Positions 15,280 to 24,000 of a stretch of DNA of 24,000 nt are shown one piece after another (the first letter of the stretch is position 1; the number at the start of each line of letters is the position of its first letter). This DNA comes from Promethearchaeota archaeon (GTDB lineage Archaea > Asgardarchaeota > Heimdallarchaeia > Hodarchaeales > Hodarchaeaceae): NCBI GenBank assembly GCA_048938105.1, contig JBHLMN010000007.1, forward strand, positions 182,923 through 206,922, written 5' to 3'. The notes beneath the pieces are model-generated. The model saw only the letters and a program-made list of their open reading frames with translations, was not told where the DNA came from and searched no databases. The position numbers and the translations under genes were made by a program.

Positions 15280-17169
15280 TTAAAGGAAAGCAATCAGAAC
15301 TAATGGTATTAGAACAATACTTGCGCCTACACTCAATCCTGTAACGATGGTAATACCTACATCCTTAACCTTTTCTTTCCCAAATCGCTTATTGGTAAAT
15401 ATTCTTACTATTCCACCTATCGAGAGCGAAATTCCCATGTGTGGAGGGAAAAAGAAACCAAAGAGAAGACCAATACCAATATTTGGCCCGATCAATGACC
15501 CGAGAAATCCCCCAATAATCATTTCCACGAAATTAAGTACTGCTTCAATGTTTCGGGCAGCAAACGCCGTGATAATTGCAGCATTAAAAGGAAAAGCAGG
15601 AGCAGGAAAATCAGGTGTCCCAATACCGAGACTGAACCACAATAAGAGAGCGAAGAAGGGAGTAGTAATCACAGCACTTAAGTAACCCACAATGAATGAA
15701 ACGAACATTGCTTTATTATCAGTATTAGTCATCAGAGCTAATTTCGAATAATTAACAATTTGAATACCCTCACGTATTTCTGCTACTGGCATTGCTAAGT
15801 ATGGAACATAGGTCTTTCCTGATGTCCCCAAATATGTTGGGAGTAAATCAAAGATAAAAGGGGGGGAAAAAATAGTAGAACTCTTTGCTGAAGTTGAAAC
15901 AGCTAAATAAATCAAAAATATTGTGCCTAATCCCATTATCCAAAAAACAATTATGAATGTGAGGATAAAATTGTCTCCTAATAATTTAAGATAATAAACA
16001 AATCCAACACACAGGAAAAATAGCACTGAATATAAAAAAATGAAATTCCAAGCTTTTCTTGTTCGTAAAGTTGCTGTTATCTGTTTTTTAAGCGAAACCT
16101 TTTCTTCTGTTAGATTCTGTTGGGATTCTTCATTATTAACACTTGACTCGGAGGGATTTTGTTCCTTATTGTTTGAATTATTTTGCTTGAAGTTGATTCC
16201 AAAACGCTTTAATATTGATTTTCCAACTTTATGTACTATTCCTCCTATTAGAATAGCTCCAAGGATAAATCCAATGACAAAAGACAGATAGATATCTTGA
16301 AATCCATTCACAAAGAAGGAATAGAAATCTGTTTTTTCCGAAATATCAGCTAAGAAAATTGGACCAAATATAGGACCATAGAATAAGATTGAACCAATCG
16401 CTGCGGACAAAGAAATTATTGGACGATCAATCAAAAAACCAGCTGAAAATAAACTAATCCCTACAATACCTAATGAGATCCCAAAAATCCAACCATTTTC
16501 AGGTTGAGAAACATCTAAATAACTAAATCCAGCAAAAGTCGTTATAGCACTAAATAGAAAACCAATTAATCCAGCTTTCAAGAAGATAGGTAATTTTTCG
16601 GCTTTTTCAGTCATCACATTAATTGTTTCAGCCTGTTGGATCTGACTAGGAAAGGGAAATTCGTCATCATCGTGAATAAAATTATTTCTTATCTTTAAGG
16701 CAAACAAAATACCCATAATACCAGGTATGAGCATTAAAAACCAATGAACCATTAAAGGAGTCAACCATGCAGGATTTAGAATGTCACGACTGTTAATTAT
16801 TTCTTGTGAAGGGAGTAACCAAGAAGGAACATCAAATCCAATTGATGCGTCGTGATTTTGGGCAAACCAGATCAGAAATAATAGCGCGGTACTGGCCTCT
16901 GCGGCAATTGAGGCGCCAAAAGAAACTAATACTAGCGTCAAGTTTGATTTGTTATCTAAACCCTTCTGGTTTAAGATAATTTTCCCCAGTAATAAGGCAA
17001 ATATTGCCCCTATTCCAATAGAGACAAATCCCATGGTGATTGACAAATAGAGATTGATGAAATTAAAGAATAACCCAATTGGTATACTTATTAATAATAC
17101 CCAGGTGAGATTGTGGTTCTTTGACTCAAATTGTTCCATCATTTCGGAATTCTGCATGGTTTTCTCCAT
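15280..17169 (-). CDS. OPT-family (oligopeptide transporter superfamily) polytopic membrane protein
   Basis: About 630 aa with about 16 hydrophobic segments. The N-terminal LTWVLLISIPIGLFFNFINLYLSITMGF and the motif EFPFPSQIQQAE resemble conserved OPT blocks (N-x-Y-L-x-L-x-x-G and P-F-P-S/E-G). The C-terminal GISLSIGGIVRIF also fits. A hydrophilic low-complexity loop of about 60 aa sits mid-protein. I take the ATG at 17167-17169; GTG 17178 is the alternative. Confidence 0.55.
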   Translation of the reverse strand: MEKTMQNSEMMEQFESKNHNLTWVLLISIPIGLFFNFINLYLSITMGFVSIGIGAIFALLLGKIILNQKGLDNKSNLTLVLVSFGASIAAEASTALLFLIWFAQNHDASIGFDVPSWLLPSQEIINSRDILNPAWLTPLMVHWFLMLIPGIMGILFALKIRNNFIHDDDEFPFPSQIQQAETINVMTEKAEKLPIFLKAGLIGFLFSAITTFAGFSYLDVSQPENGWIFGISLGIVGISLFSAGFLIDRPIISLSAAIGSILFYGPIFGPIFLADISEKTDFYSFFVNGFQDIYLSFVIGFILGAILIGGIVHKVGKSILKRFGINFKQNNSNNKEQNPSESSVNNEESQQNLTEEKVSLKKQITATLRTRKAWNFIFLYSVLFFLCVGFVYYLKLLGDNFILTFIIVFWIMGLGTIFLIYLAVSTSAKSSTIFSPPFIFDLLPTYLGTSGKTYVPYLAMPVAEIREGIQIVNYSKLALMTNTDNKAMFVSFIVGYLSAVITTPFFALLLWFSLGIGTPDFPAPAFPFNAAIITAFAARNIEAVLNFVEMIIGGFLGSLIGPNIGIGLLFGFFFPPHMGISLSIGGIVRIFTNKRFGKEKVKDVGITIVTGLSVGASIVLIPLVLIAFL

Positions 17170-17406
17170 ATAAAACACTCCATTTAGCCATTACTCTTTA
17201 AAAATGAACCTATCTTACAAAAATAAGTATTAAATCAGAATTTTTATAATACAATAATTGTGTATAAAACTTACATTGGATTATATAAAAGAGGGGAAAT
17301 CGGCAAAAAATGTTCTAGCTATCTAACCCACGTGAACAATATCTTCATCGATAGTTTGGATCAACCATTTGTTTTCCATTTGTATAGTGGAGAATGAGTT
17401 TACATC

Positions 17407-18027
17407 CTAACAACATCTACATACTAACATCCACATAGTATGATATTCTGTATCAGCTGGATAATTCTTCTGATAGTATTCTTGCAAGTCTATTACTTTT
17501 AGAAAACTAAATTCTTTCATGATTTCAGCTTTACTAGCAAAGTGAAGATAAGTTATACCATTAAAAGAATTGGGATCGTTGGGGACTGGCATTCCTACTC
17601 CATAATATTGTTTATCATTGCTGGAAAGAGTACTAAGGAAAAACCACCCTTGTAATTTAAGGAGTCTCTTAACTTTTTCTCTAAAGAGTTCTCGTTCGGT
17701 TTTATTGAAAAAATGATAAACATTCGAGATAAGAATGACATCGAATTGCTCATTTTCACTTAATTCTTTGAAACCAATAGACTGTAATTCAATATCATTT
17801 TCTCCTGATAGAGTTACTCGTGCTTTCTGAATTTTCTCTTGAGAAGGATCAATGGCAACTATTCGCCTATTTCTCAAATTTTGAGCTAAATAAAGAACAT
17901 CACGTCCATCTCCACACCCAATATCTAAAATATTAATTTTCTCATTATCAACAATGTTTTGCAGGTTTTCTATTACAGTTAAAGCCATTTTACTTGGAAA
18001 ATGTGAAGAATCAAAGATCTTAATCAT
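17407..18027 (-). CDS. Class I SAM-dependent methyltransferase
   Basis: 206 aa. Motif I is ILDIGCGDGRDVLYLA. The acidic post-I residue is in VAIDPS. Motif II-like is FDVILISNVYHF. The substrate cannot be inferred. Confidence 0.8.
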   Translation of the reverse strand: MIKIFDSSHFPSKMALTVIENLQNIVDNEKINILDIGCGDGRDVLYLAQNLRNRRIVAIDPSQEKIQKARVTLSGENDIELQSIGFKELSENEQFDVILISNVYHFFNKTERELFREKVKRLLKLQGWFFLSTLSSNDKQYYGVGMPVPNDPNSFNGITYLHFASKAEIMKEFSFLKVIDLQEYYQKNYPADTEYHTMWMLVCRCC

Positions 18028-18379
18028 TTAATCCCCTTCATCAAGTATTTAGTCCGAATTAACATCGATGATACGAACTCAGGCCCGATCTTTTCTTGTG
18101 AAAAAAAAATTATAAAGAGATTACAGTAATGAACCACCCCCAGTATCTTTATCTAAGGCTCTTGTAATACTCAGATACCAGAATAAGTCCTTTTTTTTCC
18201 TTTTCTTCCATTTCTTATCCTTCTTCTTAGTTCTTAATTCTTCTTCATCATATTTATCAAATTGATAACCCAACTCTCTAAACTTCCCAAGTATTTAATA
18301 GTAACAGATTCTAATAAAGTTTCTGAAATCAGAATATTTCCCCCTTCATCAAATAATAAGTCATTAGAAGGAGATAGTG

Positions 18380-18396
18380 GGGAGTATATTACTCCC
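18380..18396 (-). terminator. 7-bp hairpin 19 nt downstream of the subtilase stop codon (candidate terminator)
   Basis: GGGAGTA (18380-18386) pairs with TACTCCC (18390-18396) around a 3-nt loop. On the minus strand the stem is followed by pyrimidine-rich sequence but no long U run. Confidence 0.3.
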
Positions 18397-18414
18397 ATTT
18401 TGCGTTATCATCCG

Positions 18415-21400
18415 TTAACTACGCTTGCGAACCCAGTATATGATAGCAGCGGTAACACCAACAATTACGATACCCGTCAAGGCAAGAATGATGAATTCGA
18501 CTGGTAATCCCTTTTGTGGTTGATATTCAAAAGTGAATATTGCATCAGATGTATCACTGGTTTCAAATATCTTATCCGTAGCATTAACACGTATGAGGTA
18601 TTGATCACTAGGATTCAAACCATAATGAGAACTCAAAGGATCCCATTCGACTTGTGTGTCTTTAGTGCGGGTAGTAACTATCGCCCAGTGTTGACCTGAG
18701 TCATTACTAACCTCTACAGAGAAGAAAAGAGTATCTTCGATGTTTGGATCATTTGCCGTCCACGTGATGTTGATTGGATCCGCACCCACTGTTTCCCCTC
18801 CATTTGGATATGTTACTTCAACATTTGGGGGAAATAAATTAGTGATAGTTACATCTGTCACTGTGTACTGCACAAGAGGTAGCCAATCAAGTGATGTTCC
18901 AGTATATCCTTTGACAACGATATCGAATGCAGCGTTTTGGTCTAGAACATGGCTATCGATTACACTACTCATTCCAGTTGAGCGTTGTGAGGCTACTAAT
19001 GATGCCTTAGCAGTAACAATAAATGGAAGCCCACCAGCCCAGTCTCCCCACACATGGTAAGGTGAGGCATCGATACCCCAGTAATCAACTCCGATTATGT
19101 AGTTACCATCTTCTGGAGCTTTTATTGAAATGAGCTCTTCACTACCCTCTTCTGTACTAGTATAAATTTTTCCACTAGGAGTAATCAATACAAGCTCCAA
19201 GTCATGAGGAGGATCTCCTGGAACCCCTGGAGGATCAGGAACCGTTAACTCCATTTTAATTCTCTGGCCAGCTATTATCCCTCGCCATGTGTACGTATAA
19301 TCTAAATCAGAAGGAGTAGGTCTTACAGGCATATCACCTGGTGTAGCATTAGTAGCTGTAAAAAGACCTTCAAGAGTAATTGAATCTGTTAACTCGATTC
19401 TGATTTCTGTGTCACGGATTGAGATTGTTGAGAAGCCAGATAACGACCAAACATCAAATGTACCACTAAAGTTAGCGTGAGGTCCACTCCACAAACTTCC
19501 ACTATAAACGGGTGCATCATCGTTATCAATTGAACGAACCATAGCAGTAGGCGCGTTAGACATAAGTCCGTCTATTGCATTATGACTTATGTTTTGATAT
19601 GGAGATGGAGGATATCCGCCTATTAAAGACGGATCCCAGCTATCATCAATAGTTTGAAGTCCAGACGCGCGGTAACTGGTCAAAGTGCTGTTACTAACAC
19701 TAGTTACTGTAATACTAAAGTTCTCATAAGCCGCCATTGATCCATATTCTATGGTATGTAAGGCGATGCCAAGATACCCGAGGTGCCCACAGGATCCAGT
19801 GGAATTATCGTGTTGCCACTCTAAATCATTCATTCCTGTGGTGTTCCAACCCCACCAACCGCTGATATCCCATGTGAAATCAGTAAATAGTACATTCTGA
19901 CAGGACCAAGTTGGTGTACCATCAGTTCGACCTGTCAAATCGAAATTCTCTGATTCAGATTGTGTTGCACTATACGGACCAAAGTAATTCATGCTGCCAT
20001 AACCACTCATAAAAACATAAACATCAATCACAGTTTCGGGATCTGTCCAAGTCACATTTGTCATAACCCAAGTGGTAAAGTCATCTGATCCATTGTTAAG
20101 GAAATAATCGATGTCAACATAGTAGAATCGCCAATCACCACTTATTGGGGTTTGCCCATACCAATTCACCGCACCATAAGTAACCCCATTATCATAAGGA
20201 TGACTATCAGTACCACCCCATGTCAAAGACAGATCAGGAGGCGCTTTACCATCAACTCTGACAGATACAGGGGTGAGGGCAGCAACTACTCCTCCTTTAG
20301 TCCATTCAATAAACCCACCATACACCCCTGGAGTTGTTGAGGTTCCGATTGTGATTGTGACATTCCAAGTAGTCAACGCATTATAAGTAATATCAATTGG
20401 GGTTTGTTGCCATGGGATCTTCTGGTAGAGACGGATAGTGACCAATACATCAAGAGACGGCCAAAGCTCATTTTCGGCCCCCACATCACGGTAATAGATA
20501 GTTGGTCCTCTACTTCCTGAACCAGTCTTGTAAAAAGCGTCACCTGGTTTTCCAACATGAAGCTGATGGTTATTGCCGCTTGTAGTGTCACTTGTAACTC
20601 TACGTACCTCCCCAGAAGTCAGGGGAGAGGTGAAATCAATTCTATTATTGTTATTTAGATCATTCCAATCATGTAGAAAGACATAATTGCTATCATTGGC
20701 ATTTAAATAAACATTTTCAAAAGCACTCTTTGGATAAGTGAGATATATTACAGCGTAATCACTATTATTCCACTGGTTCATAAATGACTCATCAAAATTG
20801 TCTGCAAGAGGCCAGGTGGTATTCGCTGAAGTTGAATGTAAGATACTAGACGATTCATTCCAGAGGACAAGTTCATAAGCTACACCTTCATCCGCAGTAG
20901 TTAAACTATTGATAACCTCAACAGTCATTTGAGTTGTCTGTGATTCACCTGGGAACAGGCTCCCCGTAAATAAACTGTCATCACCAACACTTTTTCCAAA
21001 TTCTGATGGATGGGATTGCCTACGGTTTAATAAATCCTGTTTTGGAGTAAAACCATAATCAGTCCCATTATATAAGCCCATATAGTAACCCAACCACCCT
21101 GAAGAACGATCATCTTTTGTTGCTACCCGATCAAAAGAGGATGTGCTGTATGCAATAAGTAGTGGGTCTATTCCGTCTGTTGCGTTTTCATATATTGCAT
21201 TGACAGCTCGCCATGCGTCAACACGTCCTGCACCTTGCCGAAAAGGATCATAACCGAGGTCAATTGCAGTTGATTCCATTATAGCTTTTACAATCCCTGG
21301 AGTATCTGTATGGGGTAAAACACCACAGTCCAAACCAGCTTGAAACATCAATGCGGCAACTCCAGCCGCTAACGGGCAAGCTAGGCTTGTACCACTAAAG

Positions 21401-23337
21401 ATACCAACCGCATTTGACCCATCTCCTTGTCCATAATCCAATGCGTCTACAGTAAATGTCCCTGCGCCTATAGCAACTATGTTTGGTTTTGGAACACCAG
21501 AGGGCATGGGCCCACCACTTGAAAAACTGACAATCTGATCTGTACCTTGTTCCCAATAGCTGTTATTATCATAAACATCTTCAAAGATATGAAAACTAGT
21601 ACTAGCCCCAACCGTCAATGCTCCAGCACTACTTGGTGAAAATCCAGTCCCATATCCTGGTCCATCGTTTCCAGCAGCCATGAGAATCAATGTGCTGTTC
21701 CAACTGGAGAGGTAATCAATAAACCAACTATTCCAATCATATCCCCACACAAAATCAAACGTCTCGAAACCTATCCACCCCCAAGAATTACTTAGAATGT
21801 CAGCTTTGTGATTCCCAGTATATGTCCAGTTAAGGAAATTTAGGTTTGGTTCTTGACTAACTATTGGATCCCACCCTGTTCCCCAGAGCCAACCCCAAGG
21901 AACGATGTTGCGGATCGCCATTACTTCAGCTGCAGGAGCTATGCCTGGAAGCTTATACATCGTTCCATTTCCGTACACATCATAATCAATGATTCCTCGA
22001 CCTGCTGCTGAAGCGGCTGTACTAGTGCCATGACCGTCATAGTCATTTATAAAAGCAAATCCAACCCCAGTATCATTAATTCCCCTCACTAATCCTCCAG
22101 TCATGATGTCGAAAATATCATATGTATTCGCCAAGCAACCTAAACTGAAATCATTAATACCATCCTTATCAAAATCAGTAGCTAATACCTCAGTTCCATC
22201 TCCCCATCGATGGGGATCATCAAGGTTATTAGTAAAATCCCAATCTGCTATTGGTCCAGCTGATAATTCATTCCATTTTGCAGTTAAATTCCAGGATGTT
22301 TCCCAATCGATATAGAGAGTATCATATACAGAGGAAGTAGTTGTGTCACTAAGGATGAAGAGGAAGAATTGAAGCAAATATGGCATACCAGATGCTATAG
22401 CTGAAGCTATTCCAACCTTGAAAGTACCAGATAAGCTTGGAACCCCAGTGCTTGCATTTCCAATATAAATATCCTCAGAATCAAAAATTAAACTCGAATT
22501 TAAAAACGATGCTATGTCTCCGACCCAAATCGAGTAGCTATAGTTATTCAGGGGTAAAATTTCTTCAGTCCGAGAAACAGATACATTTGTAATAGCTATT
22601 CCAACCCCCTCACCATCAAAACTTGTTGGATAGCCCGAAGAATCGACCGCATAGGCTGTACTAAGATCAGTAACGCCAAAATCGGTTCCTGAGTCAACAA
22701 TACCGATTGTGATACCTGTACCGTCTATTGGATAACTAAATTCACCTTTTCCTGTAACATTATTGACTCGATCAGCCCCCATTATTTTTTGTGTAGAGAA
22801 TTGTTTATCGATTATCTCGGGTTCATTTTTCTTAAATTCTGTTTTTCTATCGGCAATTACAACCCCAACATCAGGTCTCGAATATACACGTCGCAATGCT
22901 TTAGGACTTGTAACATATCCTTGTATGATGTAACCACCGTTGAGTTTAGCTGCTTGGACGACTGTCATGTGCTCACTAAGGGTATTAAAATCAACTTCAG
23001 GTGTAGCCCCCATAAGAAAATAAATTCTATTCTTGTACGATCGAACGTCCTCAGGAATTTCATTAGTATCGAGGTAGGAACGAAGTAGGGGATCTAGAAA
23101 TTGATACTGATCATATTGTGGTTTTGAATAGCTACTAGGAGGAGGATTTCCAAAAAAATTACTAGAGAAGATCTCAGAAGGTGTACTACTAAATGATGGG
23201 GTAGAAAAAATCAAAGCTGGCATGTTTGCGCAAATTGTGATAATGAAAATTGTTATGAGGGTCATTGAGACTGATTGTCTCTTCTTAAGAATTTGGAATT
23301 GATGGATCATTTTTCTCGTCTCTTTACAGTAGAGCAT
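18415..23337 (-). CDS. Giant membrane-anchored extracellular subtilase (peptidase S8, pyrolysin/TPP-II-like spacing) with PPC-like and Ig-like C-terminal modules
   Basis: 1640 aa. Features, N- to C-terminus:
- Signal/anchor: KKRQSVSMTLITIFIITICANMPALIFS.
- Propeptide-like segment at ~95-160.
- Catalytic Asp in GIVDSGTD (D215, codon 22693-22695).
- Catalytic His in DGHGTSTAASAAG (H436, 22030-22032).
- Oxyanion Asn in AAGNDGPG (N557).
- Catalytic Ser in SGTSLACPLAAGVAAL (S651, 21385-21387).
- PPC-like module at ~1345-1445: HDLELVLITPSGKIYTSTEEGSEELISIKAPEDGNYIIGVDYWG.
- Module at ~1503-1605: TYPNGGETVGADPINITWTA...SNDSGQHWAIV...YLIRVNATD.
- C-terminal TM helix FIILALTGIVIVGVTAAIIYW followed by RKRS.
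An alternative start is ATG 23308-23310 (MIHQFQILKK...). Confidence 0.9.
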   Translation of the reverse strand: MLYCKETRKMIHQFQILKKRQSVSMTLITIFIITICANMPALIFSTPSFSSTPSEIFSSNFFGNPPPSSYSKPQYDQYQFLDPLLRSYLDTNEIPEDVRSYKNRIYFLMGATPEVDFNTLSEHMTVVQAAKLNGGYIIQGYVTSPKALRRVYSRPDVGVVIADRKTEFKKNEPEIIDKQFSTQKIMGADRVNNVTGKGEFSYPIDGTGITIGIVDSGTDFGVTDLSTAYAVDSSGYPTSFDGEGVGIAITNVSVSRTEEILPLNNYSYSIWVGDIASFLNSSLIFDSEDIYIGNASTGVPSLSGTFKVGIASAIASGMPYLLQFFLFILSDTTTSSVYDTLYIDWETSWNLTAKWNELSAGPIADWDFTNNLDDPHRWGDGTEVLATDFDKDGINDFSLGCLANTYDIFDIMTGGLVRGINDTGVGFAFINDYDGHGTSTAASAAGRGIIDYDVYGNGTMYKLPGIAPAAEVMAIRNIVPWGWLWGTGWDPIVSQEPNLNFLNWTYTGNHKADILSNSWGWIGFETFDFVWGYDWNSWFIDYLSSWNSTLILMAAGNDGPGYGTGFSPSSAGALTVGASTSFHIFEDVYDNNSYWEQGTDQIVSFSSGGPMPSGVPKPNIVAIGAGTFTVDALDYGQGDGSNAVGIFSGTSLACPLAAGVAALMFQAGLDCGVLPHTDTPGIVKAIMESTAIDLGYDPFRQGAGRVDAWRAVNAIYENATDGIDPLLIAYSTSSFDRVATKDDRSSGWLGYYMGLYNGTDYGFTPKQDLLNRRQSHPSEFGKSVGDDSLFTGSLFPGESQTTQMTVEVINSLTTADEGVAYELVLWNESSSILHSTSANTTWPLADNFDESFMNQWNNSDYAVIYLTYPKSAFENVYLNANDSNYVFLHDWNDLNNNNRIDFTSPLTSGEVRRVTSDTTSGNNHQLHVGKPGDAFYKTGSGSRGPTIYYRDVGAENELWPSLDVLVTIRLYQKIPWQQTPIDITYNALTTWNVTITIGTSTTPGVYGGFIEWTKGGVVAALTPVSVRVDGKAPPDLSLTWGGTDSHPYDNGVTYGAVNWYGQTPISGDWRFYYVDIDYFLNNGSDDFTTWVMTNVTWTDPETVIDVYVFMSGYGSMNYFGPYSATQSESENFDLTGRTDGTPTWSCQNVLFTDFTWDISGWWGWNTTGMNDLEWQHDNSTGSCGHLGYLGIALHTIEYGSMAAYENFSITVTSVSNSTLTSYRASGLQTIDDSWDPSLIGGYPPSPYQNISHNAIDGLMSNAPTAMVRSIDNDDAPVYSGSLWSGPHANFSGTFDVWSLSGFSTISIRDTEIRIELTDSITLEGLFTATNATPGDMPVRPTPSDLDYTYTWRGIIAGQRIKMELTVPDPPGVPGDPPHDLELVLITPSGKIYTSTEEGSEELISIKAPEDGNYIIGVDYWGIDASPYHVWGDWAGGLPFIVTAKASLVASQRSTGMSSVIDSHVLDQNAAFDIVVKGYTGTSLDWLPLVQYTVTDVTITNLFPPNVEVTYPNGGETVGADPINITWTANDPNIEDTLFFSVEVSNDSGQHWAIVTTRTKDTQVEWDPLSSHYGLNPSDQYLIRVNATDKIFETSDTSDAIFTFEYQPQKGLPVEFIILALTGIVIVGVTAAIIYWVRKRS

Positions 23338-23446
23338 ATTATATTCTATCAGAATGATAAAGCTGACAGGGTCTTGGGTGGATTTCTATATAAGCTATTG
23401 CTACTAAACTAAGAAATAAAATGGAATTTCTTAATATTTTCTAGGT

Positions 23447-24000
23447 CTACTGGTTCAGAAAATTAATGATAAGCTGAAAATATTCATCGTGCTTTGTGAG
23501 ACTAAGAATATGGCCACCACATTCGAAATTATGAAATTTTGCTCCAGGAAAAACTGATTGTAATGCGGCACTAGTGTCTTTTCCAACGAATGTATCGTCT
23601 TCAGCATTTATAATTAAAACCTGATTACTATGGTGCTCTAGTATAGATGAGTCAATCGAAAAGTGAGTATGAAAATCTACTAAACAATCATAATGACAAA
23701 GTACGACATCTTTACTGAATGCCTGATATAGAAATTGCTCATAAAAAGGTTTAATTTCTTCAGAAAAATCTATCCCTTTAAGAAACAACCTTTTTGCGAT
23801 AGTTCTAACGACTTTGTCAGGTGTAAATTGTATCACCCTCCGAAAACGTTTTAATCTCTTCGGAATCTTACTATCTTTAACAGCTGTCCCTGTATTACTC
23901 AAAATGACCTTAGAGATCTTATCAGGAGATTCTTTTAATAAAAATTGCGCTACAAGTCCTCCAAATGATGCTCCAAACACATTAACATTATTTACTGATT
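23447..24000 (-). CDS. Alpha/beta-fold hydrolase (partial; N-terminus beyond the right edge)
   Basis: The frame stays open to the window edge (...SVNNVNVFGASFGGLVAQFLLKE). The nucleophile elbow is G-A-S-F-G-G (G-x-S-x-G). The acid is in INAEDDTFV and the His is in ECGGHILS. The GTG at 23980 used by the track is probably an internal Val. Confidence 0.75.
   Translation of the reverse strand, partial: SVNNVNVFGASFGGLVAQFLLKESPDKISKVILSNTGTAVKDSKIPKRLKRFRRVIQFTPDKVVRTIAKRLFLKGIDFSEEIKPFYEQFLYQAFSKDVVLCHYDCLVDFHTHFSIDSSILEHHSNQVLIINAEDDTFVGKDTSAALQSVFPGAKFHNFECGGHILSLTKHDEYFQLIINFLNQ

Noticed and set aside
18262-18507. 81-aa plus-strand ORF (MITQLSKLPKYLIVTDSNKV...)
   Set aside because: Its 3' third runs antisense over the conserved C-terminal TM anchor of the subtilase. 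The rest is AT-rich intergenic sequence. It has no motif and no ribosome-binding site.
10620-22315. Remaining short track ORFs nested in larger genes (10620-10826, 11493-11702, 11839-12021, 12277-12573, 13387-13602, 15347-15685, 16040-16291, 18514-19060, 20152-20591, 22103-22315; also 22789-23088)
   Set aside because: Each is nested in, or antisense to, a longer ORF with clear family motifs. None has a recognisable motif of its own.

Overview
The window is AT-rich, gene-dense and looks archaeal. Four things point that way. An intron-containing tRNA gene lacks an encoded CCA. A strong TATA box sits about 26 nt upstream of a tRNA 5' end. There is an archaeal-type cofactor-independent phosphoglycerate mutase (ApgM). 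A surface protein ends in a PGF-CTERM (archaeosortase) signal. The low GC and the very large secreted proteins would fit an Asgard/Lokiarchaeia-like genome, but I cannot verify that from sequence alone.

I support 14 protein-coding loci, one of them a truncated remnant:
- partial GNAT acetyltransferase
- 999-aa repeat-built surface glycoprotein
- nitronate monooxygenase/FabK-like FMN enzyme
- S9 prolyl-oligopeptidase-family peptidase
- truncated SDR remnant
- bacterial-type glutaminyl-tRNA synthetase
- polytopic sensor histidine kinase
- ApgM
- PflX-like radical SAM protein
- threonine dehydratase
- OPT-family transporter
- SAM methyltransferase
- 1640-aa membrane-anchored subtilase
- partial alpha/beta hydrolase

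There are also two tRNA genes. I found no CRISPR array, transposase or integrase.

The observations most worth a second look are:
- GlnRS lies tail-to-tail with both tRNA-Gln isoacceptors (CUG and UUG) in an apparently archaeal genome. Archaea are classically described as lacking GlnRS.
- The tRNA-Gln(UUG) gene carries a roughly 32-nt insertion in the D-loop rather than at the canonical 37/38 position.
- The surface protein is built from five exact-period 147-aa repeats of an unrecognised domain and ends in PGF-CTERM.
- The giant subtilase has tripeptidyl-peptidase-II-like catalytic spacing.

All family calls come from motif recognition by eye. No database search was run.
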